Below are positions 30,210 to 39,936 of a DNA stretch of 64,000 nucleotides, piece after piece (within the stretch, counting starts at the first letter, position 1; each line of letters begins with the position of its first letter). A program made the position numbers and the translations under genes. Source of the stretch: a bacterium (GTDB taxonomy: Bacteria; UBA8248); contig OZ241996.1 of assembly GCA_965204535.1 (NCBI GenBank), positions 544,001-608,000 of the forward strand, given 5' to 3'. The notes below the pieces were generated by a model. It was not told the origin of the DNA, searched no databases, and was given only the letters and a program-made list of their open reading frames with translations.

Positions 30210-30374
30210 GAGGTCGATATGAGTGAGAAGTTAGGGAGTGCGACAGATGTATTCTTCACCTAGCTGCACGTCCCGATTAGACCCATAAAGGCGGATCCAT
30301 CAGTCCGCCTGGAGTTCTTTGTCGAGTTGTTCCCTACAGTGCATTTTCTAGGTTGGATTTGTTCTACGTCCAGC

Positions 30375-31079
30375 CTAGACGCCGAGATACCGCATGCGGG
30401 TTTCCTGGTCTTCGAGGAGGTCGGCGGAGGCGCCTTCCCACTGGATGATGCCTTTTTCGATGAGATAGGCGCGCTTGGTGATGCTGAGCGCCATGCGGAA
30501 GTTCTGCTCCACGAGCAGGATGGCGATGCCTTTTTTCTGGATCTCGACCAGCACGTTCTCGATGGTCTCGACGTAGGCGGGCATCAGGCCCTCGGTGGGT
30601 TCGTCCACCATGATGAGCTTGGGCTCGGTGCCGAGGCCCCGCGCCATGGTGAGCATCTGCTGCTCGCCGCCGCTCAACTGGTTCCCCTTGTTGTTGATGC
30701 GCTCCTTGAGACGCGGGAAGAGGGAGAAAATCCAGTCGAGATGGGAGTCCAGGTCCTTCGCGCCGTCGATGGGAATGCGGCTGATCTTGAGGTTTTCATA
30801 CACGGTGAGGTTGGTGAACACCTGGCGGTCCTCGGGGATCCATGAAATCCCCGCGAGCGAGACGGTGTGCGCCTCCGCCTCGGTGATGTCGGTTCCCTCC
30901 ATGGTGATATTGCCGCTACTGGGCGTCAGCAGTCCCATGACGGTCTTCATGGTGGTGGATTTGCCCGCCCCGTTCCTGCCGAGGAAGGCCACCGCCTCGC
31001 CTTCGCCGACTTTCAGGCTCAGGTCGTGGAGCACGTGGCTCAAGCCGTAAAACGTGTTGATGGAATCTACTTCGAGCAT
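30375..31079 (-). CDS. ABC ATPase (LivF-like)
   Basis: GRNGAGKST, LSGGEQQM, DEPTEG; start ATG 31079. Confidence 0.92.
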   Translation of the reverse strand: MLEVDSINTFYGLSHVLHDLSLKVGEGEAVAFLGRNGAGKSTTMKTVMGLLTPSSGNITMEGTDITEAEAHTVSLAGISWIPEDRQVFTNLTVYENLKISRIPIDGAKDLDSHLDWIFSLFPRLKERINNKGNQLSGGEQQMLTMARGLGTEPKLIMVDEPTEGLMPAYVETIENVLVEIQKKGIAILLVEQNFRMALSITKRAYLIEKGIIQWEGASADLLEDQETRMRYLGV

Positions 31080-31813
31080 TATTCCCTCAGATATACGCGC
31101 TGGACCTCTGCGTTCGCGCGGACTTCCTCCACCGTGCCCTCGGCGAGAAAGGCGCCGTTGTGCAGCACGGTGATCTTGTCCGAAATGCCCAGCACCACCT
31201 CCATGTCGTGCTCCACAAGCACGATGGTGAGTGGATCGGCCAGGCTCTTGATGAACTCGCCCGTCTGGATCGTCTCCTCGGGGCTCATGCCCGCAGTGGG
31301 CTCGTCGAGCAGGAGCAGCTTGGGGTCGGTGGCGAGCGCGATCCCGATTTCGAGATAGCGCTGCTCGCCGTGCGCGAGCGTGCCGGCGAGTTCGTCGCGC
31401 TTTTCCGTCAGGTTGATGCGCTCCAGTATCCCGTCCGATTTTTCGACCAACTCCTTGTGGCTCGGGACGGTCGACCACAGGTTGAACGTCATCTTGCGCG
31501 ACTGCGCGGCGATGCGGATGTTCTCCAGCACGCTCAGCTTGGGGAAGATATTCGTTATCTGGTAGGTGCGGCCGATCCCCATGTGGGAGCGCTCATGGGC
31601 GGGCACTTCCGAGACGTCCGCTCCGTCGAAGATGACCTGGCCCGAGGTGGGGATCAGATCGCCCGCGATCATGTTGAAGAACGTCGTCTTGCCCGCGCCG
31701 TTGGGGCCGATGATGGAGCGCAGCTCGCCCGAATCGACCTCGTAGTCCACGCCGTCCACGGCGACGAGGGCGCCGAAGTGCTTGCTCAGGTTTTTCGTTT
31801 CCAGGATAGGCAT
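31079..31813 (-). CDS. ABC ATPase (LivG-like)
   Basis: GPNGAGKTT, GRTYQ, LLLDEPTAG. Confidence 0.92.
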   Translation of the reverse strand: MPILETKNLSKHFGALVAVDGVDYEVDSGELRSIIGPNGAGKTTFFNMIAGDLIPTSGQVIFDGADVSEVPAHERSHMGIGRTYQITNIFPKLSVLENIRIAAQSRKMTFNLWSTVPSHKELVEKSDGILERINLTEKRDELAGTLAHGEQRYLEIGIALATDPKLLLLDEPTAGMSPEETIQTGEFIKSLADPLTIVLVEHDMEVVLGISDKITVLHNGAFLAEGTVEEVRANAEVQRVYLRE

Positions 31814-31825
31814 TTTGTCTTTCCG

Positions 31826-33054
31826 TTATTCCGTGTCGGTTGCCGCCTCGTCCTCGGCATGTTTCGCCAGAACTTCTTCCACGGCTTTTCGATTCAACAA
31901 TTTCTTCTCGCGGTATTCGAGCGTCATGTTGCGGATGGTGCCCAGGATGCCCGAGGGCACGAAGAGCACGATCAGCACGAAGATGCCGCCCACCCACGCT
32001 TCCCAGTACTGGAAGATGGCGAGGTACTTCACGAACTCAACGCTCATCAACTGCCGCAGGTACCAGTAGATGAACGAACCCACCGCCGGCCCCAGGAAGG
32101 TGCCCGCTCCTCCGAAAAGGGTGATGATGACGATCTGCCCCGAGGTGATGAAGTGGATGTTCTCGATCGGCACCGTCTCGCCGTAGATGATCGCCAGCGC
32201 GCCCGCGACCCCCGAGATGGCCCCGCTCATCGTGAACGCCATGAGCCGCACTTTCGCCACGTTGTAGCCGCAGATGCGCGCGCGGTTCTCGTTCTCGCGG
32301 ACGGCTCTGAGCACGTGGCCGAACGGCGAACGCAGCACCTGCCAGATGGCGGCGATGAATACGACGCTCACGATGAAGACGAAGTAATAGGTGATGTTCG
32401 CGTCCATGATGCCCACGCGAAGGTTGATGGAGCCCAGCCGCATGTTCTCGAGACCCCCCAGCCCGTCCGTTCCGCCCGTGAGGTCGTCGAACGTCTGCGC
32501 GGAGTAGTAGAAGATCATGCTGATCGAGAGCGTGACCATCGCGAAGTACACGCCGCGCTTCGTGCTGCAAATGGTGCCGATGAGCCAGGCGACGAAAGTC
32601 GAGACGATGATGCAGGTGATGAGCGAGATTTCCAGGGCAGCACCTTGAAGGCGCTGACCATCCAGTCGGGGGCGTAGGTGCCGGGCTTGATCCAGGCGTG
32701 CATGATGCCCACGGTGTAGCCGCCCACGCCGAAGAAGGCGCAGTGGCCCAGGCTGAGCATCCCGGTGTTGCCGAGCAGGATGTTGAAGGCGATGCCGAAG
32801 AGCGTGTAGATGAGAATCTGGATCATCAGCGGCGTGCTCGGCACGAAGCCGCGGAACTCCGCGACGATCTCGGCGGTTTCCTCCCAGTCGTTGTCCTCGA
32901 GCCAGATGATGGATTCGTTCAGGGCGTCGAACAGGAACGGGTATACCACCAGTATGGCGGCGAGTATCAGGATGCCGTAGTTGTCGAAGACTTCCGAGAG
33001 CCACGCCCAGAATTCCCTGGGTGTGAATCGGTTTTTTGGAGCAGCTGAGTCCAC
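31826..33054 (-). pseudogene. LivM-like permease with a one-base frameshift near 32635-32637 (real lesion or assembly error)
   Basis: The N-terminal half (GMLSLGHCAFFGVGGY) and C-terminal half (GVYFAMVTL, RAVRENE) are in different frames. Adding one C to ctg-ccc-tgg restores ...KVLPLEISLI... Confidence 0.8.
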
Positions 33055-33086
33055 TTTAGAAATCTCTCCCGAGACGCAAAGGTACC

Positions 33087-34052
33087 TTAATCAAAAGCGC
33101 CTTCCTGGCCGAACAACCCTCTTGGTCTCAAGAGCAGGATCACCGCCATCACGATGAAGAGCAGGATGTCGGACGCTTTTTCCCAGAAATCGGGGCCGAT
33201 CACGGTGCCCGTCCAGTTCTGAACCACGTATTGGGTTCTGCCCACCAGGGGCGTGAGCGCCCATAGCTGGCCGAGGATCAGCCCGCCTATCACGGGGCCG
33301 ATGAAACTCCCCATGCCGCCCACGACGACCACGATGAAGGTCTGCACCAGGATGAGTTCGCCCATCGTGGCGTCCACCGCGAACAGGGGCGCTATCATGA
33401 CGCCGGAGAATCCGGCCAGGGCGATGCCCAGTCCGAACGTGAGTCGCCAGATGCGCGACACGTTGATGCCCAGCACCTTCACCATCGTGTTGTTGTTGGT
33501 TCCCGCGCGGATCATCATGCCCAGGTTCGTCTTGTAGATGAGCACCCAGAGGAGGGCGACGAGAATCGCCGCGGTGATGATGGTGAAGCTCCTGTAGGCC
33601 GTGATGTCGAGCGTACCCGTCTTGAAGAGCGAGAACTGGAACATCGGCGGGATGTTGAAGGGCTTTCCCGGCCTGCCCCAGATGAGGCGCACGAAGTCCG
33701 GCAGGAAGATGGACATGCCGAACATGATCAGCACGCCCGAGAAGCGCTCGTTCTCCGTATTGTATATTCTGCTGATGACGTATCGCTCAAAAACCATCCC
33801 GAGGGCGAACATGACGACGGGCACCATGGCGAGGGCCACGATGAAGCCCGCGTTCGGCCCGAGAAAGGGAGAGAATACGAGGTCCGAAACCGTGAAGCCC
33901 ACGTACGCGCCCAGCATGTAGAAGGCGCCGTGCCCGAAATTGATGATGCCCATCAGCCCGAATATGATCGAAAGACCCAGGGCCAGCAGAACCCAGAAGG
34001 AGCCCTGCACCAGCCCCAGGAACAGGTGCTGGACGAACTCCGAGAACTCCAC
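33087..34052 (-). CDS. LivH-like permease
   Basis: LALGLSIIFG, INFGHG, VVVGGMGS and RPRGLFG; probable GTG start at 34052. Confidence 0.9.
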   Translation of the reverse strand: MEFSEFVQHLFLGLVQGSFWVLLALGLSIIFGLMGIINFGHGAFYMLGAYVGFTVSDLVFSPFLGPNAGFIVALAMVPVVMFALGMVFERYVISRIYNTENERFSGVLIMFGMSIFLPDFVRLIWGRPGKPFNIPPMFQFSLFKTGTLDITAYRSFTIITAAILVALLWVLIYKTNLGMMIRAGTNNNTMVKVLGINVSRIWRLTFGLGIALAGFSGVMIAPLFAVDATMGELILVQTFIVVVVGGMGSFIGPVIGGLILGQLWALTPLVGRTQYVVQNWTGTVIGPDFWEKASDILLFIVMAVILLLRPRGLFGQEGAFD

Positions 34053-34146
34053 ACCACCAGTTGCCAAAACACGCTCCTTGAGAACGGGGAAGTCGCAAGA
34101 GTGCAATGTCTAGGATGAAACGCCGCCTTTGTCAAACGCCGTGAGG

Positions 34147-34180
34147 AAAAGCCGGGGCGGCTGAAATCCAGCCGCCCCGG
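34147..34180 (-). terminator. Rho-independent terminator or stabiliser hairpin downstream of the binding-protein gene
   Basis: ccggggcggctg...cagccgccccgg, followed by TTTT on the minus strand. Confidence 0.7.
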
Positions 34181-34213
34181 TCAGCGTCCGATGGTGCCTC
34201 GATGCGCCGTTTC

Positions 34214-35500
34214 TTAGGCCCTTCTCTCGCTGGCGGGTTCTTTCAGGCCTTTCGCCTCGCAGGAGACGGTGTTGCCCTCGCCGCTCGAGGAGCCGATGAC
34301 CTCGATGTGATCGAATTTATCCTTCATCTCGGCCTTGGATTTGCCGCGCATCACGAACACTTCCGAGATGCAGACGTGGTCGCAGGGGCGAATCTCGCAC
34401 ACGCCCTTGCTGTACTGGAACTTCTTGCCTTCGAGCACCTTCGCGAGCTTGAAGTGGTCGCGGCGCTTGTAGAGCTTGGTCTCTTTCGCCGTGTCCAGAA
34501 TTAGCCGCGTGAGGTCGTGGGCGAGCATTCCGTAGCTCGAGCACGGCCGTTTGCGGCGCGCCAGAAACTTGTCGTTCAGCGTTTTGGCGGCCGGATACTT
34601 GCTCGCGAGAGAGGGGTGCCACATCATCGCCGCGTTGAAGCCGTCATAGGAGCCGAGTCCGGCGGCCTCGGGCATGGTGATCTCGGTGGCGCCGAGAACG
34701 ATCTTCACCTTCTTGTCGAGGCCGGCTTCGCGCGCCTGCTTGACGAAGGCGACTTGGCGCTGTCCCCAGTTGAGCGCGTAGACGACGTCGGGCTTCTCCT
34801 TCAAAATTCTCGGGAACGTCGCCGAATAGTCCATCGAGGTCGGGAAGGGCACCCACGATACGGAGCTGTTCGCGTTCCAGGTGAGGTTGAAGTCCTTCGT
34901 CAGCTTCTCGAAGGCGGGGATGAACATCTTGGGCCAGATGTAGTCGTCGAACACGCAGTGGATTTTCTTGCCCAGGTTGTTCTTAGCGATATAGGTGAGC
35001 GAACTGGCGCAAAGCTGATACGGCGTGGTGTTCGCCGTGAAGAACAGGGGCGACATCTTCTTCGCGTTCCCCGGGGTGGACATGATGTGCTGGGGATAGT
35101 TCGCATAGATGATCTTGCGCTTGCGGGAGAACTCGTTCAGGCGCACTTCTTCGGGGCCGACCATGGAGCCCGCGAGGAAGTCGATCCTGTGGTTGTCGAT
35201 CAGGTCGAGCGCGTGCGTGGTGGTCTGATCCCATTTGAACTGGTCGTCGCGGAAGAGCAGTTTGACTTCGCGTCCGTCCACGCCGCCTTCCTTGTTGACG
35301 TCCTCGATGGCGATCTTGACGCCTTCCACCTGGTCGAACGCCTCGGTGGAGTAGGGGCCCGTCGTCGGGTGGATGGAACCCCACTTGATCGGCCGGGCGC
35401 CGAGTCCCTCTCTCAGGAAGGGGGGCGCGGTCTGCGCGGCCACGATGCCGCCGATGAGGCCTGCGCCTTTCAGGAATTTTCTTCTGTCCAAACGACTCAT
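34214..35500 (-). CDS. LIV-type ABC substrate-binding protein with Tat signal
   Basis: DRRKFLK Tat motif; IKWGSIHPTTGPYS and GGVDGREV. Confidence 0.88.
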   Translation of the reverse strand: MSRLDRRKFLKGAGLIGGIVAAQTAPPFLREGLGARPIKWGSIHPTTGPYSTEAFDQVEGVKIAIEDVNKEGGVDGREVKLLFRDDQFKWDQTTTHALDLIDNHRIDFLAGSMVGPEEVRLNEFSRKRKIIYANYPQHIMSTPGNAKKMSPLFFTANTTPYQLCASSLTYIAKNNLGKKIHCVFDDYIWPKMFIPAFEKLTKDFNLTWNANSSVSWVPFPTSMDYSATFPRILKEKPDVVYALNWGQRQVAFVKQAREAGLDKKVKIVLGATEITMPEAAGLGSYDGFNAAMMWHPSLASKYPAAKTLNDKFLARRKRPCSSYGMLAHDLTRLILDTAKETKLYKRRDHFKLAKVLEGKKFQYSKGVCEIRPCDHVCISEVFVMRGKSKAEMKDKFDHIEVIGSSSGEGNTVSCEAKGLKEPASERRA

Positions 35501-35791
35501 GGATTTCTCCTCCTTGTGGTGATGAATGACATGAGGACGTTGCGAATCATGCTGCCAATGCCCCTTTGAAATGGTTTCGATGGAAAAATCATAGAATCTC
35601 GCTATGGCGATGTCAACAACTCAAAAACGGGGGATTTCCTCGTTTACTGTTTCGACAATTTCATGGGTGAACCGGTGCGTCGGGACGCATTCTTTTGACA
35701 TTCAAGGGCGCGTGTGTCTCTTATGCCCGAATCTTTCGGTAGGTTGTTTCCCTGCAGTACGGCTTTCACGAGCAATCATCATTCGAGGAGT

Positions 35792-36229
35792 ATGAAAATG
35801 TTCAAGAAGATTCATCATGTGGGCCTCATCACGGACGACATGGAGCGCACTGTGAGGATGTTCCAGGAAAAACTCGGCTGCGAGCCGAACCGCGTGCAGG
35901 TGGCCGACACCGGCTGGGCGCACGCCACGTTCCTGAGGATGGGCGACGTGGAAATCGAGATCATGCAGCCCTACGACCCGGAGAACCTCTACACGAAGAT
36001 GCTCGATCGAAACGGCGGTCCCTGCCTCTCGCACATCGCGCTCTCCACACCGGATACGGGAGCGGCGGGCAGGCATTTCACGGATAGCGGCGTGAAGTTC
36101 CTGGACGGCTTCGGCCCGGGCACCTACACCCCCCGGGGGTATGAAATCCTCTTTCTCCACCCCGATGAAACCGAGGGCATCGTGATACAGGTGGCCTCCG
36201 ACGTCCCCGCAAAAGATATGGGGTATTGA
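35792..36229 (+). CDS. VOC family protein (methylmalonyl-CoA epimerase-like)
   Basis: KIHHVG, EIEIMQP, LSHIAL and FLHP...GIVIQ; GAGGAG RBS. Confidence 0.82.
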   Translation: MKMFKKIHHVGLITDDMERTVRMFQEKLGCEPNRVQVADTGWAHATFLRMGDVEIEIMQPYDPENLYTKMLDRNGGPCLSHIALSTPDTGAAGRHFTDSGVKFLDGFGPGTYTPRGYEILFLHPDETEGIVIQVASDVPAKDMGY

Positions 36230-36278
36230 GACTATACGGCGAGACTGAACAGGCGCTTCACGCGCTTCTCTGCTTTAG

Positions 36279-36516
36279 TGGGCTGTTGAAAAAGTCCCCG
36301 TCGGGGGACATTGCCTTTAGAGGGAAGGGCGCTTTCGCGCGAACCCCCTACCCCCCCTTGTCAGGGGGGTAAAAAAAGGCGATACGCTCCGCCGGGCTGA
36401 GGGGGCTTTGCTTTTTCTTGCCCCCCTGACAAGGGGGGGTAGGGGGGGGTGACGTTATGGGATTTCGCTTTCAGGAGGGGTGCCATTACCTTCTCAGGAG
36501 CTTTTTCAACAACCCC
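36279..36516. mobile_element. MITE-like element 3 (inverted homologue of element 4)
   Basis: Ends gggctgttgaaaaag / ctttttcaacaacccc; flanks tttag/tttcg; internal arms ccccctaccccc..ttgtcagggg / cccctgacaagggg..tagggg. Confidence 0.75.
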
Positions 36517-36578
36517 TTTCGGGGAAGGACAGGCTTATCGGGGAAGGTGCGTGACTAAGGGAGGATGACGCTTCGCCC

Positions 36579-37310
36579 TCACGCGCCGAGGTAGTATTTC
36601 TTCACGAGTTCGTGGCCGGCGAGGGCTTCGGTGTCCTCGCCCGCGAAGGCGATCTCCCCGTGGACGATGATGTAGCCCCTGTCCGCTATCTTGACCGCCT
36701 GGTTGAAGTTCTGCTCGGCCATGAGAACGGTGAGCTGGTATTCTTCTTTCAGTTCGCGGATCTTGGCGATCACCCGGCTCACGAGGATGGGCGCCAGGCC
36801 CACGGAGGGCTCATCCACCAGGAGCACCTTGGGCGCGGACATGAGCGCGCGGGCCACGGCCAGCATCTGCTGTTCACCCCCGCTCATGCTGCCCGCGAGC
36901 TGGTTCTTGCGCTCGGCGAGCACCGGGAACGCCTCGAAGGAGAAGGCGAGGTTGCGGTCGATGCCGCGGCGGGCTTCTTCGCGGTAGGCGCCCAGGAGGA
37001 GGTTTTCCTCCACCGTGAGGCGCGGGAACAGGCGCCGGCCCTCGGGCACGAGCGCCACGCCGAGGTTCACGATTTCCTCGGGATTCCTGCCCGTCAGGCT
37101 GATGCGCTCGCCGTCGGCTTCGAGATAAATCTCGCCCTCATCGGGCTGGATGATCCCCATGATGCACTTGATGAGCGTGCTCTTGCCGTTGCCGTTGGTG
37201 CCCAGGAGCACCACGGTTTCCCCGTCGTTCACCTCGATGGAGACCCCGTGCAGGACGCGCACGGCCCCGTAGCCCGCGGATACGTTGTCGACGACGATGC
37301 TATGCGCCAA
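36579..37310 (-). CDS. ABC ATPase (LivF-like)
   Basis: GTNGNGKST, MSGGEQQM, VDEPS; probable TTG start at 37310. Confidence 0.92.
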   Translation of the reverse strand: MAHSIVVDNVSAGYGAVRVLHGVSIEVNDGETVVLLGTNGNGKSTLIKCIMGIIQPDEGEIYLEADGERISLTGRNPEEIVNLGVALVPEGRRLFPRLTVEENLLLGAYREEARRGIDRNLAFSFEAFPVLAERKNQLAGSMSGGEQQMLAVARALMSAPKVLLVDEPSVGLAPILVSRVIAKIRELKEEYQLTVLMAEQNFNQAVKIADRGYIIVHGEIAFAGEDTEALAGHELVKKYYLGA

Positions 37311-38025
37311 GGTAGGCCCTTTCCACGTCCTTGTTGTTGACGATCTCATCGGGCGTCCCCTCGGCGATCTTCTCGCCTGCGTCGAGGACGACGATGCGCT
37401 CCGAGAAGTTCATGACCGCCCGCATGATGTGCTCGATCATGATGACGGTGAGGCCCTCTTCGTTCAGGCGCACGAGAATTTCGAGAATGTCGTCCACCTC
37501 GGTGTTGGAGAGACCTGCCATGGCCTCGTCCGATATGAGGAGCTTCGGCTTGGCCGCCATCGCGCGGGCGAGTTCGAGCTTTCGCAGTTCGATCTGCGTG
37601 AGCCCCCCGGTCCGCACGTCTGCTTTGTCCGCCATGCTCATGAGTTCGAGTATCTCCATCGCCTCGCCGCGAAGCTCCACCCCGTGGGAGTGCTGGTGGG
37701 CGGCGTATTCAAGCGGGATGCAGAGGTTCTCGATCACCGTCATGCTGACGAAGGGCTTGGGAATCTGGAAGCTGCGCGAGATGCCGAGGCGCGTTCGCTG
37801 GTAGGCGGGAATCCTGGTGATGTCCTGTCCTGCGAAGACGATGTTTCCCTCGTCGTTGGCCAAAGCGCCCGAGATGCAGTTGATCATCGTCGTCTTGCCC
37901 GAGCCGTTGGGGCCGATGAGGCCGAAACGCTCGTTTTCCTTCACGTGCAGATCCACGCGGGTGAGCGCGCTGAATCCGCCGAAGCGCTTCGTGACGCCGT
38001 GCACGTCGAGGAGGTTTTCGCTCAT
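37300..38025 (-). CDS. ABC ATPase (LivG-like)
   Basis: GPNGSGKTT, SRSFQIP, SDEAMAG; start ATG 38025. Confidence 0.92.
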   Translation of the reverse strand: MSENLLDVHGVTKRFGGFSALTRVDLHVKENERFGLIGPNGSGKTTMINCISGALANDEGNIVFAGQDITRIPAYQRTRLGISRSFQIPKPFVSMTVIENLCIPLEYAAHQHSHGVELRGEAMEILELMSMADKADVRTGGLTQIELRKLELARAMAAKPKLLISDEAMAGLSNTEVDDILEILVRLNEEGLTVIMIEHIMRAVMNFSERIVVLDAGEKIAEGTPDEIVNNKDVERAYLGA

Positions 38026-38984
38026 TACGCCGTCCTCCCCGCGATGCGCGCGCGAATCTTGCCGAACAGGCCCACGAGGCCGTCGGGCGCGAACACCACG
38101 AAGCCCACGAGCAGGCTGCCCACGATGAGCAGGTTCATTTCCGAAGAGAGGGTGACGGTGGCTATCTGCTGGGCCGTGCCCACGAGAACAGCGCCGACCA
38201 GCGGGCCCAGCCAGGTAGTGGTTCCGCCGATCATGGGCATGGCCAGGCTGTTCACGGCGTAGTCGAGGTGAAACGCCGAAGTGGGTTCGATGTAGACGAC
38301 GAAATAGGAAAACGGCGCGCCCGCGACTCCCATCAGCGCGCCGCTCACCGTGGTGGCGAACAGCTTGAGCTTGAGGATGGGCACGCCCATGCACTCGGCC
38401 GCTTCTTCGTTGTCGCGGATGGCGGCCATTCCCCGCCCGACCCAGGATTTCTCGATGAGCCAGGCGACGGCCACGGAGACCACGGCGAGCGCCGCCATGA
38501 CGAAGAAGAGGAACTCGTCGTAGTTCGAGAACATCGGCACGCTCCTGGGCTTCAGGATGGCCGTGCCCGCGCCCCCGCCCACATAGCTCCAGTTCGAGAT
38601 GATCATCTGGAGCACGACGGCCAGCGCCAGCGTGGCGATGGAGAAGAACACGCCCTTGAGCCTCAGGGTCAGGTAGCCGATGCCGAGTCCCAGAAGGCCC
38701 GAGACGAGGCCGCCCATGACGAGCAGCACGTAGAGGGGCGGCTTCCAGGTCTTGATGAGCGCCACGGCGGTATAGGCGCCCATGGCGAAGAACGCCGCCG
38801 TGCCGAAGTTCACGTAGCCGGTGTAGCCGCCCAGGATGTTCCACGCGGTGGCCAGGACGACGTACTGCAACACGACGTAGGCCGCCTTGTAATAGAAGCG
38901 GTTTTCCATCTGGGTCGTGATGAGGAAAGAACCGACGATCAGTACGGCGGCCACGATGAGGAAGAGCTTCCTTTCCTTGCTCAA
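38025..38984 (-). CDS. LivM-like permease
   Basis: WNILGGYTGYVNFG, AIRDNEEAA. Confidence 0.9.
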   Translation of the reverse strand: MSKERKLFLIVAAVLIVGSFLITTQMENRFYYKAAYVVLQYVVLATAWNILGGYTGYVNFGTAAFFAMGAYTAVALIKTWKPPLYVLLVMGGLVSGLLGLGIGYLTLRLKGVFFSIATLALAVVLQMIISNWSYVGGGAGTAILKPRSVPMFSNYDEFLFFVMAALAVVSVAVAWLIEKSWVGRGMAAIRDNEEAAECMGVPILKLKLFATTVSGALMGVAGAPFSYFVVYIEPTSAFHLDYAVNSLAMPMIGGTTTWLGPLVGAVLVGTAQQIATVTLSSEMNLLIVGSLLVGFVVFAPDGLVGLFGKIRARIAGRTA

Positions 38985-38988
38985 GGAG

Positions 38989-39861
38989 CTACCTCCCGAA
39001 CAGGCCGGACGGCCGGACCGCCAGGCAGATAAGCAGAATGCCGAACGAGACGGCCAGCGCCCACGAGGGGCCGAAGAATGAAGAGGTGAAGCTCTCCGCG
39101 ACGCCCAGGATGAGCCCGCCCACGAGCGTGCCCGTCATACTGCCGAGCCCGCCGAGCACGGTGACCGCGAACACGCGGCCGATGTATTCGCGCCCGATGG
39201 TCGGCTCGACCGGACCGATGATGATGAGCAGGGAGCCTGCGATCACGGCGGTGGCGATGCCGATGCCGAAGGCGACCGTCTTGATGCGGATGGGGTCCAC
39301 CCCCATGAGCTGGACGGCGAGGCTGTCCTGCGCCACGCCCATGATGGCGCGGCCGAAAAAGGTTTTTGTGAGAAACAGGTACAGGACGGCGGCGAGTATT
39401 CCCCCCACGAGGAAGGGCACGAACAGCCGGTAGGCGATTCCGACCGAGCCGATGGATGTGGACTTGCCGATGTAGAAGGCGCGGACGAGGCGGTAGTCCA
39501 CCCCGTAGGTGATGATGAGAATGACCTCGATGAGGAAAAAGAGTCCGAAGAAGAACACCAGTCCGCGCAGGGATTCCGCTCCCGTTTTTTCAAAGCAGTT
39601 GTAGTAGATTCGATATACCGCGACGCCCAGAAAATAGGAGGGAACCGCGAAGACGAGGCCCGCGAGTATCGGGTCGAACCCGAAGTGCTCGTTCACATAG
39701 AAGGTAAGATAGGAGCCGAAAATGATGAAGGCCGGATGAGCGATGTTCACGACGTCCAGCAGGCCGAAGGAGAGCGAAAGTCCGGCGCTCATCGCGGCAT
39801 AGAAGCCTCCCAGCAGGAGGCCCGCGACGAGCGCGTTCAACAAGAATTCGATGCTGAGCAT
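38989..39861 (-). CDS. LivH-like permease
   Basis: GLSLSFG...VNIAH, VLGGLGS, RPSGLFG. Confidence 0.9.
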   Translation of the reverse strand: MLSIEFLLNALVAGLLLGGFYAAMSAGLSLSFGLLDVVNIAHPAFIIFGSYLTFYVNEHFGFDPILAGLVFAVPSYFLGVAVYRIYYNCFEKTGAESLRGLVFFFGLFFLIEVILIITYGVDYRLVRAFYIGKSTSIGSVGIAYRLFVPFLVGGILAAVLYLFLTKTFFGRAIMGVAQDSLAVQLMGVDPIRIKTVAFGIGIATAVIAGSLLIIIGPVEPTIGREYIGRVFAVTVLGGLGSMTGTLVGGLILGVAESFTSSFFGPSWALAVSFGILLICLAVRPSGLFGR

Positions 39862-39891
39862 GGATGCTCTCCTCCCGCGAGCCGGACGCGG

Positions 39892-39915
39892 ACCGGGGGG
39901 CCGTTTCCCCCCGGT
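39892..39915. terminator. GC-rich hairpin between the binding-protein and permease genes
   Basis: accgggggg ... ccccccggt inverted repeat. Confidence 0.45.
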
Positions 39916-39936
39916 CGCAGCATTATGTCCGGTTCG

